Shown piece by piece: positions 25,506 to 34,942 of a stretch of DNA of 36,365 nt (positions within the stretch are counted from its first letter, which is position 1; every line of letters starts with the position of its first letter). Below the pieces are notes generated by a model. That model was not told the DNA's origin and ran no database searches. It saw nothing but the letters and a program-made list of their open reading frames with translations. The stretch is from an uncultured Clostridia bacterium. GTDB lineage: Bacteria; Aerophobota; Aerophobia; Aerophobales; B3-G15. The position numbers and the translations under genes are program-made. The DNA is taken from positions 1 to 36,365 of the forward strand of contig CAYZYX010000017.1 of assembly GCA_964482715.1 (NCBI GenBank), read 5' to 3'.

Positions 25506-26585
25506 ATGCAGGGTAAAATGAAGGCACAGATCTTTTATGAGCCAGAAAATATGCAGATGAAAGAGGTAGATATTCCCTCTATTTCTATTGATGAAGTTTT
25601 AATTAAAGTTAAAGCCTGCGGAATATGTGGCTCTGATATTGCTTACTACTGGGGACTTTCTCCTCTTGAAACTCCCAGTGGGAAAGGACCACTTATCCTG
25701 GGACATGAGCTGAGCGGTGAGGTTGTAGAGGTGGGTGAAATCCCTAAGAGTCTCGGGCTTTTCACTGCCGGAGATCGTGTGGTTGCTGAACCAGTTCAAT
25801 ATTGCAATACCTGCGAGGTATGTAAAAGAGGAATGGTCAATCTTTGTGAAAATAAAACCGTACTCGGGGTATCTACGGATGGAGGCTTTGCAGAATACGT
25901 AAAGGCAAAATATACCGCAGTTCACCACCTTCCTTCCAATGTCTCTTTTGAAGAAGGAGCATTTGTTGAACCTCTATCTAATGCTCTCTATGCCATAGAT
26001 AATCTGAATCCTTCCACCGGATGTTTTTGTGTCGTCTTTGGTCCAGGCCCTATAGGCAACATGATGGTTCAGCTTCTAAAATCAAAGGGAGCCGGAAAAG
26101 TGGTTCTTGTTGGAACAAGGGACTACAGACTGGAGTTGGGGAAAGATGCCGGGGCTGATGTTCTAATAAACACTAAGGACAGAAATTCCAATTACTATGT
26201 GGAGAATTTAAAAGAGGAGATCAAAAAGTTGACCGAAGGAAAAATGGCTGATAGAGTCATATGTGCAACCGGTGCTGTTGAGCCCATGCAGATGGCTCTT
26301 GATATCTCAGGAAGAAGAGCAATAATTGTATATTTTGGACTTCCCGGACCTGAAGATGTGGTAAGACTTCCCGTTCTTGATTCACTTGTTATGGATAAAA
26401 CCATCCGTTTCTCCTGGCTTAACCCTTTCACTTATCCTGCAACTATTCAATCAATTGCTACAGGACTTGTGAAAGTGGACAAGCTCATAACCCACCGCTT
26501 CAATCTGGATCAGCTTGTTAACGGGCTTGAAACTATCAAAAACAGGCAGGATAATGCAATGAAGGGGATTGTGGTTTTTTCTTAA
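25506..26585 (+). CDS. Zn-dependent polyol/alcohol dehydrogenase (sorbitol dehydrogenase-like MDR)
   Basis: CGICGSD, GHELSG, CNTCEVC...C structural Zn site, GPGPIG. Confidence 0.92.
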   Translation: MQGKMKAQIFYEPENMQMKEVDIPSISIDEVLIKVKACGICGSDIAYYWGLSPLETPSGKGPLILGHELSGEVVEVGEIPKSLGLFTAGDRVVAEPVQYCNTCEVCKRGMVNLCENKTVLGVSTDGGFAEYVKAKYTAVHHLPSNVSFEEGAFVEPLSNALYAIDNLNPSTGCFCVVFGPGPIGNMMVQLLKSKGAGKVVLVGTRDYRLELGKDAGADVLINTKDRNSNYYVENLKEEIKKLTEGKMADRVICATGAVEPMQMALDISGRRAIIVYFGLPGPEDVVRLPVLDSLVMDKTIRFSWLNPFTYPATIQSIATGLVKVDKLITHRFNLDQLVNGLETIKNRQDNAMKGIVVFS

Positions 26586-26734
26586 ACAGGGCATTCACTC
26601 CGGTTTCGGAAAAATTCCTGTTAGACAGCCGGGTGCGTATACCTTGCTTTGGAGGAAAGATGATCCCCTTCCCGTTTAGTGTTTAAGTTTTATCTTTGTT
26701 ATAAGACTTTTTCCCAAATCTGGAATATTCAAAA

Positions 26735-26779
26735 TTGACATATAAAATTAGTATAGTAAAATAAAAAATGAACCATTTT
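26735..26779 (+). promoter_or_regulatory. Promoter of the monosaccharide ABC operon with a small palindrome at the start site
   Basis: TTGACA-N16-TAAAAT (26735-26762); AAAATG-AAC-CATTTT at 26765-26779. Confidence 0.65.
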
Positions 26780-26900
26780 ACTCTAAATTATCGGGGCCTG
26801 GGAAAGGAGGTGAGAGTTGAAAAATTTATTCTTGTAAAAAGGCTCCGTTTGAGTAAATGGAGTAAGTTTTAAGTGCATATTAGCTTAAAGGGAGGAGGAA

Positions 26901-27926
26901 ATGAAAATACAAAAAAGAACTTTATGTCTGTTGGGTATAAGCCTCCTCGTAGCAGTTATGATGTTATGGATTTTTACCTCATTTGCCAGTGCCGCTGGAA
27001 TACCAGATGTGGACCCCACCAAGACTGTTAAAGACATGTACTTTAGGTTGGTCACTCATGGTGGAGATGATCCTTTCTGGGCAGTAGTTCGTAAAGGAAT
27101 GGAAGATGCCTGTAAGGAATTAGGCTGTAGAGCCGATATTGATCTATGTGGAGGAGACCTTGCCCTGCAACAGAAAAGATTTAAAGAGGCAGTGGCCATG
27201 AGACCTGATGGGATTGCCCTGGTAATAAACGATGATACTGCTTGGGACAAACCGGTAGCTGATGCACTGGCAGCTGGTATAAATGTTATTGGTATGAATA
27301 ACGATGATACCAAAGGTGCTACAGGAAACCCAAGACTCTGTTATATAGGGCAAAATGAAAGACGTGCGGGTTATATTATAGGCCGAAGACTTTTTGAAGC
27401 AGGAAAAAAGAAAGGATGGGATTTAACTAAAGCACATGTGGTTATGCCGGTGGAAGTTCCAGGAGCCATGTACGGGGTGGTGCGAAGTCAGGGTATTCTT
27501 GATGCAATGAAGGAATACGGTATAACCTCCTATGAAATAATAGATGCCGGTGGACTGGAAATGACCACGGTTGAACAGAGAGAGACGTCCTATTTAATAG
27601 CTCATCCAGAAACCAAGTTTATAATCGGACTCGGGGGTATCTGTACCGATAGAATAACAGATTCCTTGAAAGCAGCCGGATATGCACCCGGTGAAATTAT
27701 CGGAGGAGGATTTGATACTACTCCGGGAACCCTCACTGGATTAAAAGAAGGTTATATGGAGGCCACCATCGATCAACAACAGTATCTCCAGGGATATTTT
27801 GCCATTTACGTCCTTTATCTTATGAAAAGATATGGGTTTGCACCCAATATAGATACTGGAGGCTATCTTGTAGACAAGGACACCATTGGAATCATTGAGA
27901 AACTCTCACCTCTTCATATCAGGTAA
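26901..27926 (+). CDS. Monosaccharide/polyol (CUT2) ABC substrate-binding protein
   Basis: Signal peptide, THGGDDPFWAVVRKGM, YIGQNE, GGFD, TIDQQQYLQGY. Confidence 0.92.
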   Translation: MKIQKRTLCLLGISLLVAVMMLWIFTSFASAAGIPDVDPTKTVKDMYFRLVTHGGDDPFWAVVRKGMEDACKELGCRADIDLCGGDLALQQKRFKEAVAMRPDGIALVINDDTAWDKPVADALAAGINVIGMNNDDTKGATGNPRLCYIGQNERRAGYIIGRRLFEAGKKKGWDLTKAHVVMPVEVPGAMYGVVRSQGILDAMKEYGITSYEIIDAGGLEMTTVEQRETSYLIAHPETKFIIGLGGICTDRITDSLKAAGYAPGEIIGGGFDTTPGTLTGLKEGYMEATIDQQQYLQGYFAIYVLYLMKRYGFAPNIDTGGYLVDKDTIGIIEKLSPLHIR

Positions 27927-27963
27927 ATCCCGGTCAAAATTGTGTGGTGAGTGAGTAAAATAA

Positions 27964-28020
27964 GAGGGACGCGCTGTGCTTAAAAAGTTTTAAACTTACA
28001 ATGAGTACAGCGCGTCCCTC
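27964..28020 (+). terminator. Long intercistronic hairpin after the SBP gene
   Basis: GAGGGACGCGCTGTGCT...AGTACAGCGCGTCCCTC, a 17-bp stem with one G-U pair and no U tract. Confidence 0.7.
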
Positions 28021-28052
28021 AAAGTGGGTAAAGGAGCGTCTAAATACAGGCT

Positions 28053-29042
28053 GTGTGGAGAAGTTCTTATACTTTATGGATTAAGGTCCTTTCCGCTCGC
28101 ACTCTTAACACAGTTGTTGCGTTTGTGGGTTTATTGCTGCTTTTTATTTTTTTCACACCCCGACATATTTTTGTAAGTTCCAGAAACCTTGGTCTTATAT
28201 GCAAACTGGCTCCTGACCTTGGAATTGTAGCCCTGGGAGTAGGATTACTTATGATATGTGGAGAGTTTGATCTTTCTGTAAGTTCTATCCTCCCCTTTTG
28301 TTCCTATATTTTTGTATTACTTTTAAAAGCTGGATTAAATTTAGCTGTTATCCCTTTTATCACTCTGGCAGCAGGGGCAATTCTGGGACTTTTAAATGGT
28401 CTGCTCACAGTTAAAGGAGGCATCCCTTCATTTATAGCTACTCTTGGAACTATGATGTTCTGGAGAGGGATTCTATACGTTTTTTCCAAAATGTCTCCAA
28501 TTGCAATAAGACCTTACCTCAAGTCCGGATCATTTTTTGAAAAAATATTTATCGGACATATAGGAAAAGCTTTCCCTGTCCAGATCCTCTGGTTCATCGG
28601 GGTGGGGATATTTCTGGGAGTTTTACTTCACTTCCACAAATTTGGTAACTGGGTGTATGCTACAGGAGATAATAAAGAGGCAGCCAGGGCAATGGGGATA
28701 AATACGGATAGAGTGAAAATAACCTGCTTTGTTATTGTAGGGATTTTGTGTGGTTTTGTTGCCATGATGCAGGCACTGAGATTGGGATCATTTGCTGCTA
28801 CTCAGGGAATAGGCTTTGAATTAAAAGCAATTGCTGCCTCCGTGGTTGGAGGAACAATGCTAACAGGAGGTGTGGGGAGTATCCTTGGAGTGTTCCTGGG
28901 AGCACTTACCATTCAGATTCTGGAAAATGGACTTATTTTGATGAGAGTTCCTGTATTTGGAATTACCGCATTTATAGGTGTGGCAATAATTCTATTTGTT
29001 ATACTTAATATATATGTTGGCAGCAAGTTGATAAGAGTCTGA
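28053..29042 (+). CDS. CUT2 ABC permease (RbsC-like); start uncertain
   Basis: GEFDLSV, IPSFIATLG, GDNKEAARAMGI, VVGGTMLTGG. Confidence 0.92.
   Translation: MWRSSYTLWIKVLSARTLNTVVAFVGLLLLFIFFTPRHIFVSSRNLGLICKLAPDLGIVALGVGLLMICGEFDLSVSSILPFCSYIFVLLLKAGLNLAVIPFITLAAGAILGLLNGLLTVKGGIPSFIATLGTMMFWRGILYVFSKMSPIAIRPYLKSGSFFEKIFIGHIGKAFPVQILWFIGVGIFLGVLLHFHKFGNWVYATGDNKEAARAMGINTDRVKITCFVIVGILCGFVAMMQALRLGSFAATQGIGFELKAIAASVVGGTMLTGGVGSILGVFLGALTIQILENGLILMRVPVFGITAFIGVAIILFVILNIYVGSKLIRV
28581..28730 (+). repeat. 150-bp tract shared with the second permease (copy 1)
   Basis: 147/150 identical to 30399-30548; 121 contiguous identical bases at 28602-28722. Confidence 0.95.
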
Positions 29043-29072
29043 TTGTTATAATTTCGTGATAAGGAGTTTGTA

Positions 29073-29852
29073 ATGAATCTACCAAAGAAAGAAAAGACCC
29101 GGGTTGACGATAAAACACCACTGGTAAAAATGGTGGGAATACACAAATGGTTTGGAAAGGTGCATGCTTTAAAAGGTGTAGATTTTGAAGTCGGGCATTC
29201 TGAAGTAGTTGGATTAGTAGGGGACAATGGAGCCGGGAAGTCAACTCTGATTAAGGTTCTTTCGGGAGTACATGTAGCCGAGAAAGGCGAGATTTATTTT
29301 GAAGGGGAAAAAGTGCGTATCACATCTCCTGCTGACGCCAGAAAACTCGGAATTGAAACGGTCTACCAAGAGCAAGCCCTTGCTCCAAATATGAGCATCT
29401 CGAGGAATATTTTTATGGGGAGAGAACCAACCTTATCACTCGGATTTATGGATAAAAAAAGAATGAATGAAGAAAGCATGAAATGCTTAAGTGGTCTGGG
29501 TCTTCAGCTAAGGTCACCTGATCTACCCATTGCCATTCTTTCCGGAGGACAAAGACAGGGAGTGGCAATAGCAAGAGCTTTACATTTTAAGGCTAAGCTT
29601 GTCATCCTGGATGAACCAACTATAGCACTATCGGTGAAAGAAACACAGGAGGTATTAGCATTTATAAATAAACTCAGACAGGAGGGAATCTCGGTCATTT
29701 TTATAACCCATAATCTCCATCATGTATTTCCCGTAGCTGAAAGATTTGTAGTTTTAACTCTGGGAGAGAAAACCGCTGATGTTAAAAAAGGAGATATGTC
29801 AGTAGAAGAATTAACGGAACTGATAGTTACCGGCAGGCGTCTGCATAATTAA
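29073..29852 (+). CDS. CUT2 ABC ATP-binding protein, single nucleotide-binding domain
   Basis: GDNGAGKST, LSGGQRQ, ILDEPT, ITHN. Confidence 0.95.
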   Translation: MNLPKKEKTRVDDKTPLVKMVGIHKWFGKVHALKGVDFEVGHSEVVGLVGDNGAGKSTLIKVLSGVHVAEKGEIYFEGEKVRITSPADARKLGIETVYQEQALAPNMSISRNIFMGREPTLSLGFMDKKRMNEESMKCLSGLGLQLRSPDLPIAILSGGQRQGVAIARALHFKAKLVILDEPTIALSVKETQEVLAFINKLRQEGISVIFITHNLHHVFPVAERFVVLTLGEKTADVKKGDMSVEELTELIVTGRRLHN

Positions 29853-29897
29853 AATTTGCCAAAATTTAAATAATTTTAACCTGTAAAATCAAAGCAA

Positions 29898-30959
29898 ATG
29901 ATAGGGCGATTCTTTCTTTATAGATCAGTAAATGTTTTACTTGTTTTAGCAGGTTTAATTGTAGTTTTTTCTCTTCTTTCTCCAAACTTTGCCTTCACAA
30001 GTCCCGACAACCTTAGAGTTTTTTTTGCTTTAGCTCCTGAATTTGGAATAATCGCTCTTGGCGTTGGAATGTTAATGATATGTGGTGAATTTGATCTTTC
30101 CATTGGTTCAATCCTGGTGTTTTGTTCCTTTGTATTTGTGAGGCTGTCTGAAATAAAAATGAGTCTACCCCTGGCTGGATTAATTACTTTTTTTACAGGA
30201 GCTATTTTCGGTCTTATAAACGGTGTCATTACAGTTAGAGGGAGGATCCCCTCCTTCATAACCACGCTGGGGACAATGATGCTCTGGAGAGGTACAACAC
30301 TTCTTCTTTCTCTTGGCATCCAAAAACCTTTTACCGCTGAAGCCTCACCGGTTTTCTGCAGCATCTTTACTGGTGAAATTAATGGAATTCTCCCCGCACA
30401 GATCCTCTGGTTCATTGGAGTGGGGATATTTCTGGGAGTTTTACTTCACTTCCACAAATTTGGTAACTGGGTGTATGCTACAGGAGATAATAAAGAGGCA
30501 GCCAGGGCAATGGGGATAAATACGGATAGAGTGAAAATAATCTGCTTTATTATCGTGGGAATACTCTGTGCTCTTGTTGCCATAATGCAAATTATTAGAG
30601 TCAGTTCGTTTTCATCTCGAGCAGGTCAGGGATGGGAACTCAAAGCAGTTGCTGCCTCCGTGGTTGGTGGAACCTCTCTCATGGGAGGAATAGGAAGTAT
30701 GATGGGAATATTTTGTGGAACCCTTATAATCGTAGTAATAGAGAATGCTTTAACCATGTTGAGAATTCCCTATTCCTGGACTTACGTTGTTTTTGGCCTT
30801 GTTATAATTTCTTCTGTTCTTATAAATCTTTACATGGAGAGAAGAAAATTGAAATATGGATCTTTATTTTTCAGGGTCTTCGAGAAGGTAACACCTCCTT
30901 CTCCCGGTAATTCTTTAAATAACCCTCAAAAAAAATCACCAACCCAGCATAGAAATTAA
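29898..30959 (+). CDS. CUT2 ABC permease (RbsC-like), second paralog
   Basis: GEFDLSI, IPSFITTLG, GDNKEAARAMGI, VVGGTSLMGG. Confidence 0.92.
   Translation: MIGRFFLYRSVNVLLVLAGLIVVFSLLSPNFAFTSPDNLRVFFALAPEFGIIALGVGMLMICGEFDLSIGSILVFCSFVFVRLSEIKMSLPLAGLITFFTGAIFGLINGVITVRGRIPSFITTLGTMMLWRGTTLLLSLGIQKPFTAEASPVFCSIFTGEINGILPAQILWFIGVGIFLGVLLHFHKFGNWVYATGDNKEAARAMGINTDRVKIICFIIVGILCALVAIMQIIRVSSFSSRAGQGWELKAVAASVVGGTSLMGGIGSMMGIFCGTLIIVVIENALTMLRIPYSWTYVVFGLVIISSVLINLYMERRKLKYGSLFFRVFEKVTPPSPGNSLNNPQKKSPTQHRN
30399..30548 (+). repeat. 150-bp tract shared with the first permease (copy 2)
   Basis: Direct repeat of 28581-28730 at offset 1818. Confidence 0.95.
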
Positions 30960-31394
30960 AGCTCTAAGGAAGAGGTTGGTTAAAAAACCAACAGCGAGAT
31001 CATCAATCATAACACCCCATCCACTTTTAAGCTTCTGTAATTTTTCTATATGAAACGGTTTAACTATGTCAAACAGGCGAAAAAAGATAAATCCAAGAAG
31101 AACAAAGTAAACCGAATAACCAATCCCTGCAAGAGCTACCAGCATCCCTGCTATCTCATCAATGACTATTGCCGAATGGTCCTTTTTTTGCAGAAAAGAT
31201 TCGCATTTTCCGGAAACCCATACACCGAGAGTAAAAACTGCTAAAATTACAATCAACTGCCAGATAAGATTGCGGGTTATCAGTCCCAATACAACGTATA
31301 TACCAACTGCCCACAGAGATCCAATTGTTCCCGGAAAAAAAGGGCTGTAGCCTACTCCTAACCCGGTACCAATGGCAAGAATTAGTTTTTTCAC
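30936..31394 (-). CDS. pgpA: Phosphatidylglycerophosphatase A
   Basis: GVGYSPFFPGTIGS, KDHSAIVIDEIAG, FRLFDIVKP, GVMIDD. Confidence 0.95.
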   Translation of the reverse strand: MKKLILAIGTGLGVGYSPFFPGTIGSLWAVGIYVVLGLITRNLIWQLIVILAVFTLGVWVSGKCESFLQKKDHSAIVIDEIAGMLVALAGIGYSVYFVLLGFIFFRLFDIVKPFHIEKLQKLKSGWGVMIDDLAVGFLTNLFLRALISMLGW

Positions 31395-31936
31395 TTCAGG
31401 TATTGCTTTGCCTCTTGGGTATACTCAAATCCGGAAATTACGGCAAAAATAACAGCTGCTCCCATGGCAGACCAGATAAACCATAACATTCCCTGACGCA
31501 AAATACCCGGTGGTAGAAGGAAGAAAATAAAGACAAACAGAATAACTGTGTATTCCAGGACAGTTTTAACTTTTGCCGTATAGCAGGCTGCAAGAACATT
31601 CCCCCGGGCAGCAAGTTCTACTCTCAAAGCCATTACCAGAAAATCCCTGGCCAAAAGGATTAGAACCATCCAGAAGGGGATTATCTTAAGATAAATAAAA
31701 CAGATAAAACTACTATAAACAAGAATTTTATCAGCCACCGGGTCCATAATCTTACCTGTGGTGGTAACTTGCTTTTTTTTCCGGGCTATGTATCCATCAA
31801 GCCAATCAGTAAAGCAGGCCAGTAAAAAAACGATAAGCGATATGACTTTACCCTTCCATCCGAGAATAAATAAAAAAACTATAAAAAGTGGAATAAAAAA
31901 AATACGGGAGATCGTTATCCTATTGGCTGTGTTCAT
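31391..31936 (-). CDS. pgsA: CDP-diacylglycerol--glycerol-3-phosphate 3-phosphatidyltransferase
   Basis: NTANRITISR and TDWLDGYIAR...GKIMDPVADK, the CDP-alcohol phosphotransferase motif. Confidence 0.95.
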   Translation of the reverse strand: MNTANRITISRIFFIPLFIVFLFILGWKGKVISLIVFLLACFTDWLDGYIARKKKQVTTTGKIMDPVADKILVYSSFICFIYLKIIPFWMVLILLARDFLVMALRVELAARGNVLAACYTAKVKTVLEYTVILFVFIFFLLPPGILRQGMLWFIWSAMGAAVIFAVISGFEYTQEAKQYLK

Positions 31937-33965
31937 CTTTCTTAATTTTCCTATCCGTTTGAATGGAGCCTTTTTCTATCAAGACCTCTCTGGGCTTACT
32001 GCCTCTGGGTGGACCTACTATTCCATCTTTTTCAAGCTGTTCCATTATGCGAGCAGCTCGATTATAACCTATAGCCAGTTTTCTCTGAAGATAAGAAGTA
32101 GAGGCCTTACCACTAACCAGAACAAGCTCTTTTGCCTCTCGGTAGAGGTCGTCCTGGATCTGTCTTTCGTCATCATTTTCCTCCACCTGTTCCATCTCTT
32201 TTACTATATCCTTATAAACCGGTTTTTTCTGTTCTCTGATAAAATCTACTACCCTTTTCACTTCTGCCGGAGAAATATAACTTCCCTGCACCCTAAAAGG
32301 CTTTGAGGCATCTATGGGAGAATAAAGCATATCACCTTTACCTATTAATTTCTCAGCACCTGTGGTATCTAAAATGGTTCTGGAGTCAATATGAGAAGCA
32401 ACTGCAAATGATATGCGGGAGGGGAAATTGGCCTTTATCAAACCGGTTATCACATCTACAGAGGGTCTTTGAGTTGCTACTATAAGATGAATACCGGTAG
32501 CCCTACCAAGTTGAGCTATGCGACACAGAGTTTTTTCCAATCGCTGTCCAGCTAACATCATTAAATCGGCCAGTTCATCAATTACAACAATAAGATAGGG
32601 CATAATTTCATCTTCTTTGCGATTCTGATTAAACCCCGCAATGTTTCTAACACCCTCCCGATTGAACTTTTCATACCTTGACATCATTTCCTGAACCACC
32701 CATTCCAGCGCAGTGTTTGCTGTTTTAAAGTCTTTTATTGGAGGAAAAATCAAATGAGAAATATCTGCATAGTCAACCAATTCTACTGTTTTAGGATCAA
32801 TCAATAAAAATTTCACTTCTTCCGGCAGGACTTTGTAAAGAAGACTTACCAGGATAGAATTCAAACATACACTTTTTCCTGAACCTGTTGACCCTCCTAT
32901 AAGAAGATGAGGCAAATTCTCAAGGTCCACCCAGACTGTCTCCCCGGCAATATCCTTTCCCAGGGGGAAAAGGAGTTTTTCTTTTCTTTTTCTGAACTCT
33001 GGTTCTTCAAGAAGCTGCCTTAAATAAACAAAATTAACCTTCTTTTTAGGAACCTCAATTCCTACAAGAGGTTTGCCACTTACGGGAACCTCTATTCTCA
33101 CATTAGGAACAGCCAAAGATAAAGCAAGATCGCTGGAAAGATTAATCAATCTGCTCACCCTTATTCCAGGTGCAAGTCTTACCTCATAACGTGTCACTGC
33201 CGGACCTTCCTTAATCTCCTCTATTTGAACCTCTATACCAAAATCTTTCAGAGTTTGCTCGAGTTTCTTGCCAGCCTCCATAACTTCATTGGAGCTGGAC
33301 TTTCCCGAAGGAGGAAGTTCCAAAAGCTCCAGAGGTGGAAATTGATAGGAAGAAGAAACCCTTATAACTTCTCTTTTGTTTTTTTTAGGCTTACCTGAAG
33401 CTGGAACTCTGGAAAGCGGGACCTTTTGAGAAAGAAACTTCCGGCTGATTTCTCTTTTTCTCTTTGCCATGGAAAAGTCAATATTTAAAAGAAAACAGAT
33501 AAAGATCAATGCACCACAGAGAATAAAACTTCCCAATTTTCCAAGTAGATTAAGAAAAACCCTGGAAAAGAGAAATCCAACAAGTCCTCCTCCATACCAG
33601 GGTGCATCCAGGCCCAATCCCGCGAGATAAATTAAAGAAGGCAAAGCCACGAAAAAACATATCAGTCCTATACCCCAAACTAAAAAATTTTGTCGAAACC
33701 TACCCCTTACCTTATTTATACCGGTCCAGATGAGAACAAACGGTAATACAAATGCGACAATTCCCAAACCTAAGAAAAGATAGGTAGCTAAGATAATTCC
33801 TGCCTTTCCTACGTAATTTTTAGAGTAAGACTCGGGCGGAAAAGTTAAAATGGGAGAATGTGTAGGGTTATAAAAAAACAGACTTATAAAAATGAAAATC
33901 CCCACCACAATAAAAAAAGTAGCCCAGAGAAGTTCTTTTTGTCTTTCCCAGGTAGATCTATCCAT
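31920..33965 (-). CDS. ftsK: DNA translocase FtsK/SpoIIIE
   Basis: N-terminal TM domain, PHLLIGGSTGSGKS, IDELADLM, ATQRPS, gamma domain LQRKLAIGYNRAAR. Confidence 0.97.
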   Translation of the reverse strand: MDRSTWERQKELLWATFFIVVGIFIFISLFFYNPTHSPILTFPPESYSKNYVGKAGIILATYLFLGLGIVAFVLPFVLIWTGINKVRGRFRQNFLVWGIGLICFFVALPSLIYLAGLGLDAPWYGGGLVGFLFSRVFLNLLGKLGSFILCGALIFICFLLNIDFSMAKRKREISRKFLSQKVPLSRVPASGKPKKNKREVIRVSSSYQFPPLELLELPPSGKSSSNEVMEAGKKLEQTLKDFGIEVQIEEIKEGPAVTRYEVRLAPGIRVSRLINLSSDLALSLAVPNVRIEVPVSGKPLVGIEVPKKKVNFVYLRQLLEEPEFRKRKEKLLFPLGKDIAGETVWVDLENLPHLLIGGSTGSGKSVCLNSILVSLLYKVLPEEVKFLLIDPKTVELVDYADISHLIFPPIKDFKTANTALEWVVQEMMSRYEKFNREGVRNIAGFNQNRKEDEIMPYLIVVIDELADLMMLAGQRLEKTLCRIAQLGRATGIHLIVATQRPSVDVITGLIKANFPSRISFAVASHIDSRTILDTTGAEKLIGKGDMLYSPIDASKPFRVQGSYISPAEVKRVVDFIREQKKPVYKDIVKEMEQVEENDDERQIQDDLYREAKELVLVSGKASTSYLQRKLAIGYNRAARIMEQLEKDGIVGPPRGSKPREVLIEKGSIQTDRKIKKDEHSQ

Positions 33966-33976
33966 ATCCCCTTCTC

Positions 33977-34411
33977 CTATTTACCTGTATGACCAAAACC
34001 TCCCTCACCTCTTAAAGTTTCGTCAAGGTATTCCACACGTTTTATTTTAACCTGAACCACAGGAGATACCACAGCCTGAGCAATTCTATCACCCTTTTTT
34101 ATCTCAAAGGTAGTCTTACCCAAATTTATCAGGCAGACTTTCACCTCTCCCCGATAATCGCTATCAACTGTCCCGGGAGAATTAACTATTGCTACACCAT
34201 TGGTGGCCAAACCACTTCTCGGTCTTATCTGTAACTCGTAACCTACTGGCACGGCAACTTTTATTCCCGTGGAAATAAGCTTTATTTCACCAGGAGCAAG
34301 GGACACCGATTCAGCTGCAAAAAGATCCATCCCTGCTGCACCAGGGGTCATGTACCGGGGTAATGGAATTTCTTTGTCCATAACAACAACCTTTAACTCA
34401 ACCCTTTCCAT
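33977..34411 (-). CDS. dut: dUTP diphosphatase
   Basis: [37 protein letters not shown]. Confidence 0.97.
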   Translation of the reverse strand: MERVELKVVVMDKEIPLPRYMTPGAAGMDLFAAESVSLAPGEIKLISTGIKVAVPVGYELQIRPRSGLATNGVAIVNSPGTVDSDYRGEVKVCLINLGKTTFEIKKGDRIAQAVVSPVVQVKIKRVEYLDETLRGEGGFGHTGK

Positions 34412-34423
34412 ACTTTTCGTTCT

Positions 34424-34942
34424 TTACCTGACGTTTATTTTTAAAAAATTTTTCATCTGTCTGAGGGCAAACTGATGATCTTCAGAAGAGATGGAAGCCA
34501 CACAATTCGAGTAAACTATAACCTCATAGTTCCTCATTACTGCATCACAGGCTGTGTAAAGGACACAGACATTGGTGAGAATACCCGTAAGGTGAAGAGT
34601 CCTGATATTAAGTTCTCTTAAAAGAATATCAAGCTCCGTTCCTAAGAAAGCTGAATATCTTCTCTTTTTAATTATAAAATCTCCCTTTTCCGGAGAAATT
34701 TCTGCCACCACGCAGGCTCCTGGGGTCCCCTCAACAGCATGAGAGGGCCACCACTTAAACTCCAGATCTTGAGTCCGATGAGAGTCGCATATGTATATAA
34801 CCGACACCTCATTTTCTCGAGCCCACTGAATTTTTTGCTTGATTGAGGGAATAATTTTTCGGGCAGCCGGAACTTCAAGAGGCGCCCCCTCTTTTACAAA
34901 ATCATTTAACATATCTATCACCAGCAATGCCTCTCCTTTCAT
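34424..34942 (-). CDS. Isochorismatase-family cysteine hydrolase (nicotinamidase-like)
   Basis: LLVIDMLNDF, DSH, WPSHAVEGT, KRRYSAF, GILTNVCV. Start at ATG 34942, which overlaps the upstream stop (ATGA). Confidence 0.9.
   Translation of the reverse strand: MKGEALLVIDMLNDFVKEGAPLEVPAARKIIPSIKQKIQWARENEVSVIYICDSHRTQDLEFKWWPSHAVEGTPGACVVAEISPEKGDFIIKKRRYSAFLGTELDILLRELNIRTLHLTGILTNVCVLYTACDAVMRNYEVIVYSNCVASISSEDHQFALRQMKNFLKINVR

Noticed and set aside
26586-26700. GC-richer segment after the dehydrogenase with possible stems and ATACCTTGC matching the repeat family
   Set aside because: The match is only 9 bp and the stems are imperfect; not enough for an ncRNA or repeat call without an Rfam search.
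30850-30959. C-terminal extension of the second permease overlapping convergent pgpA by 24 bp
   Set aside because: Short convergent overlaps from stop-codon drift are common, and there is no sign of function.
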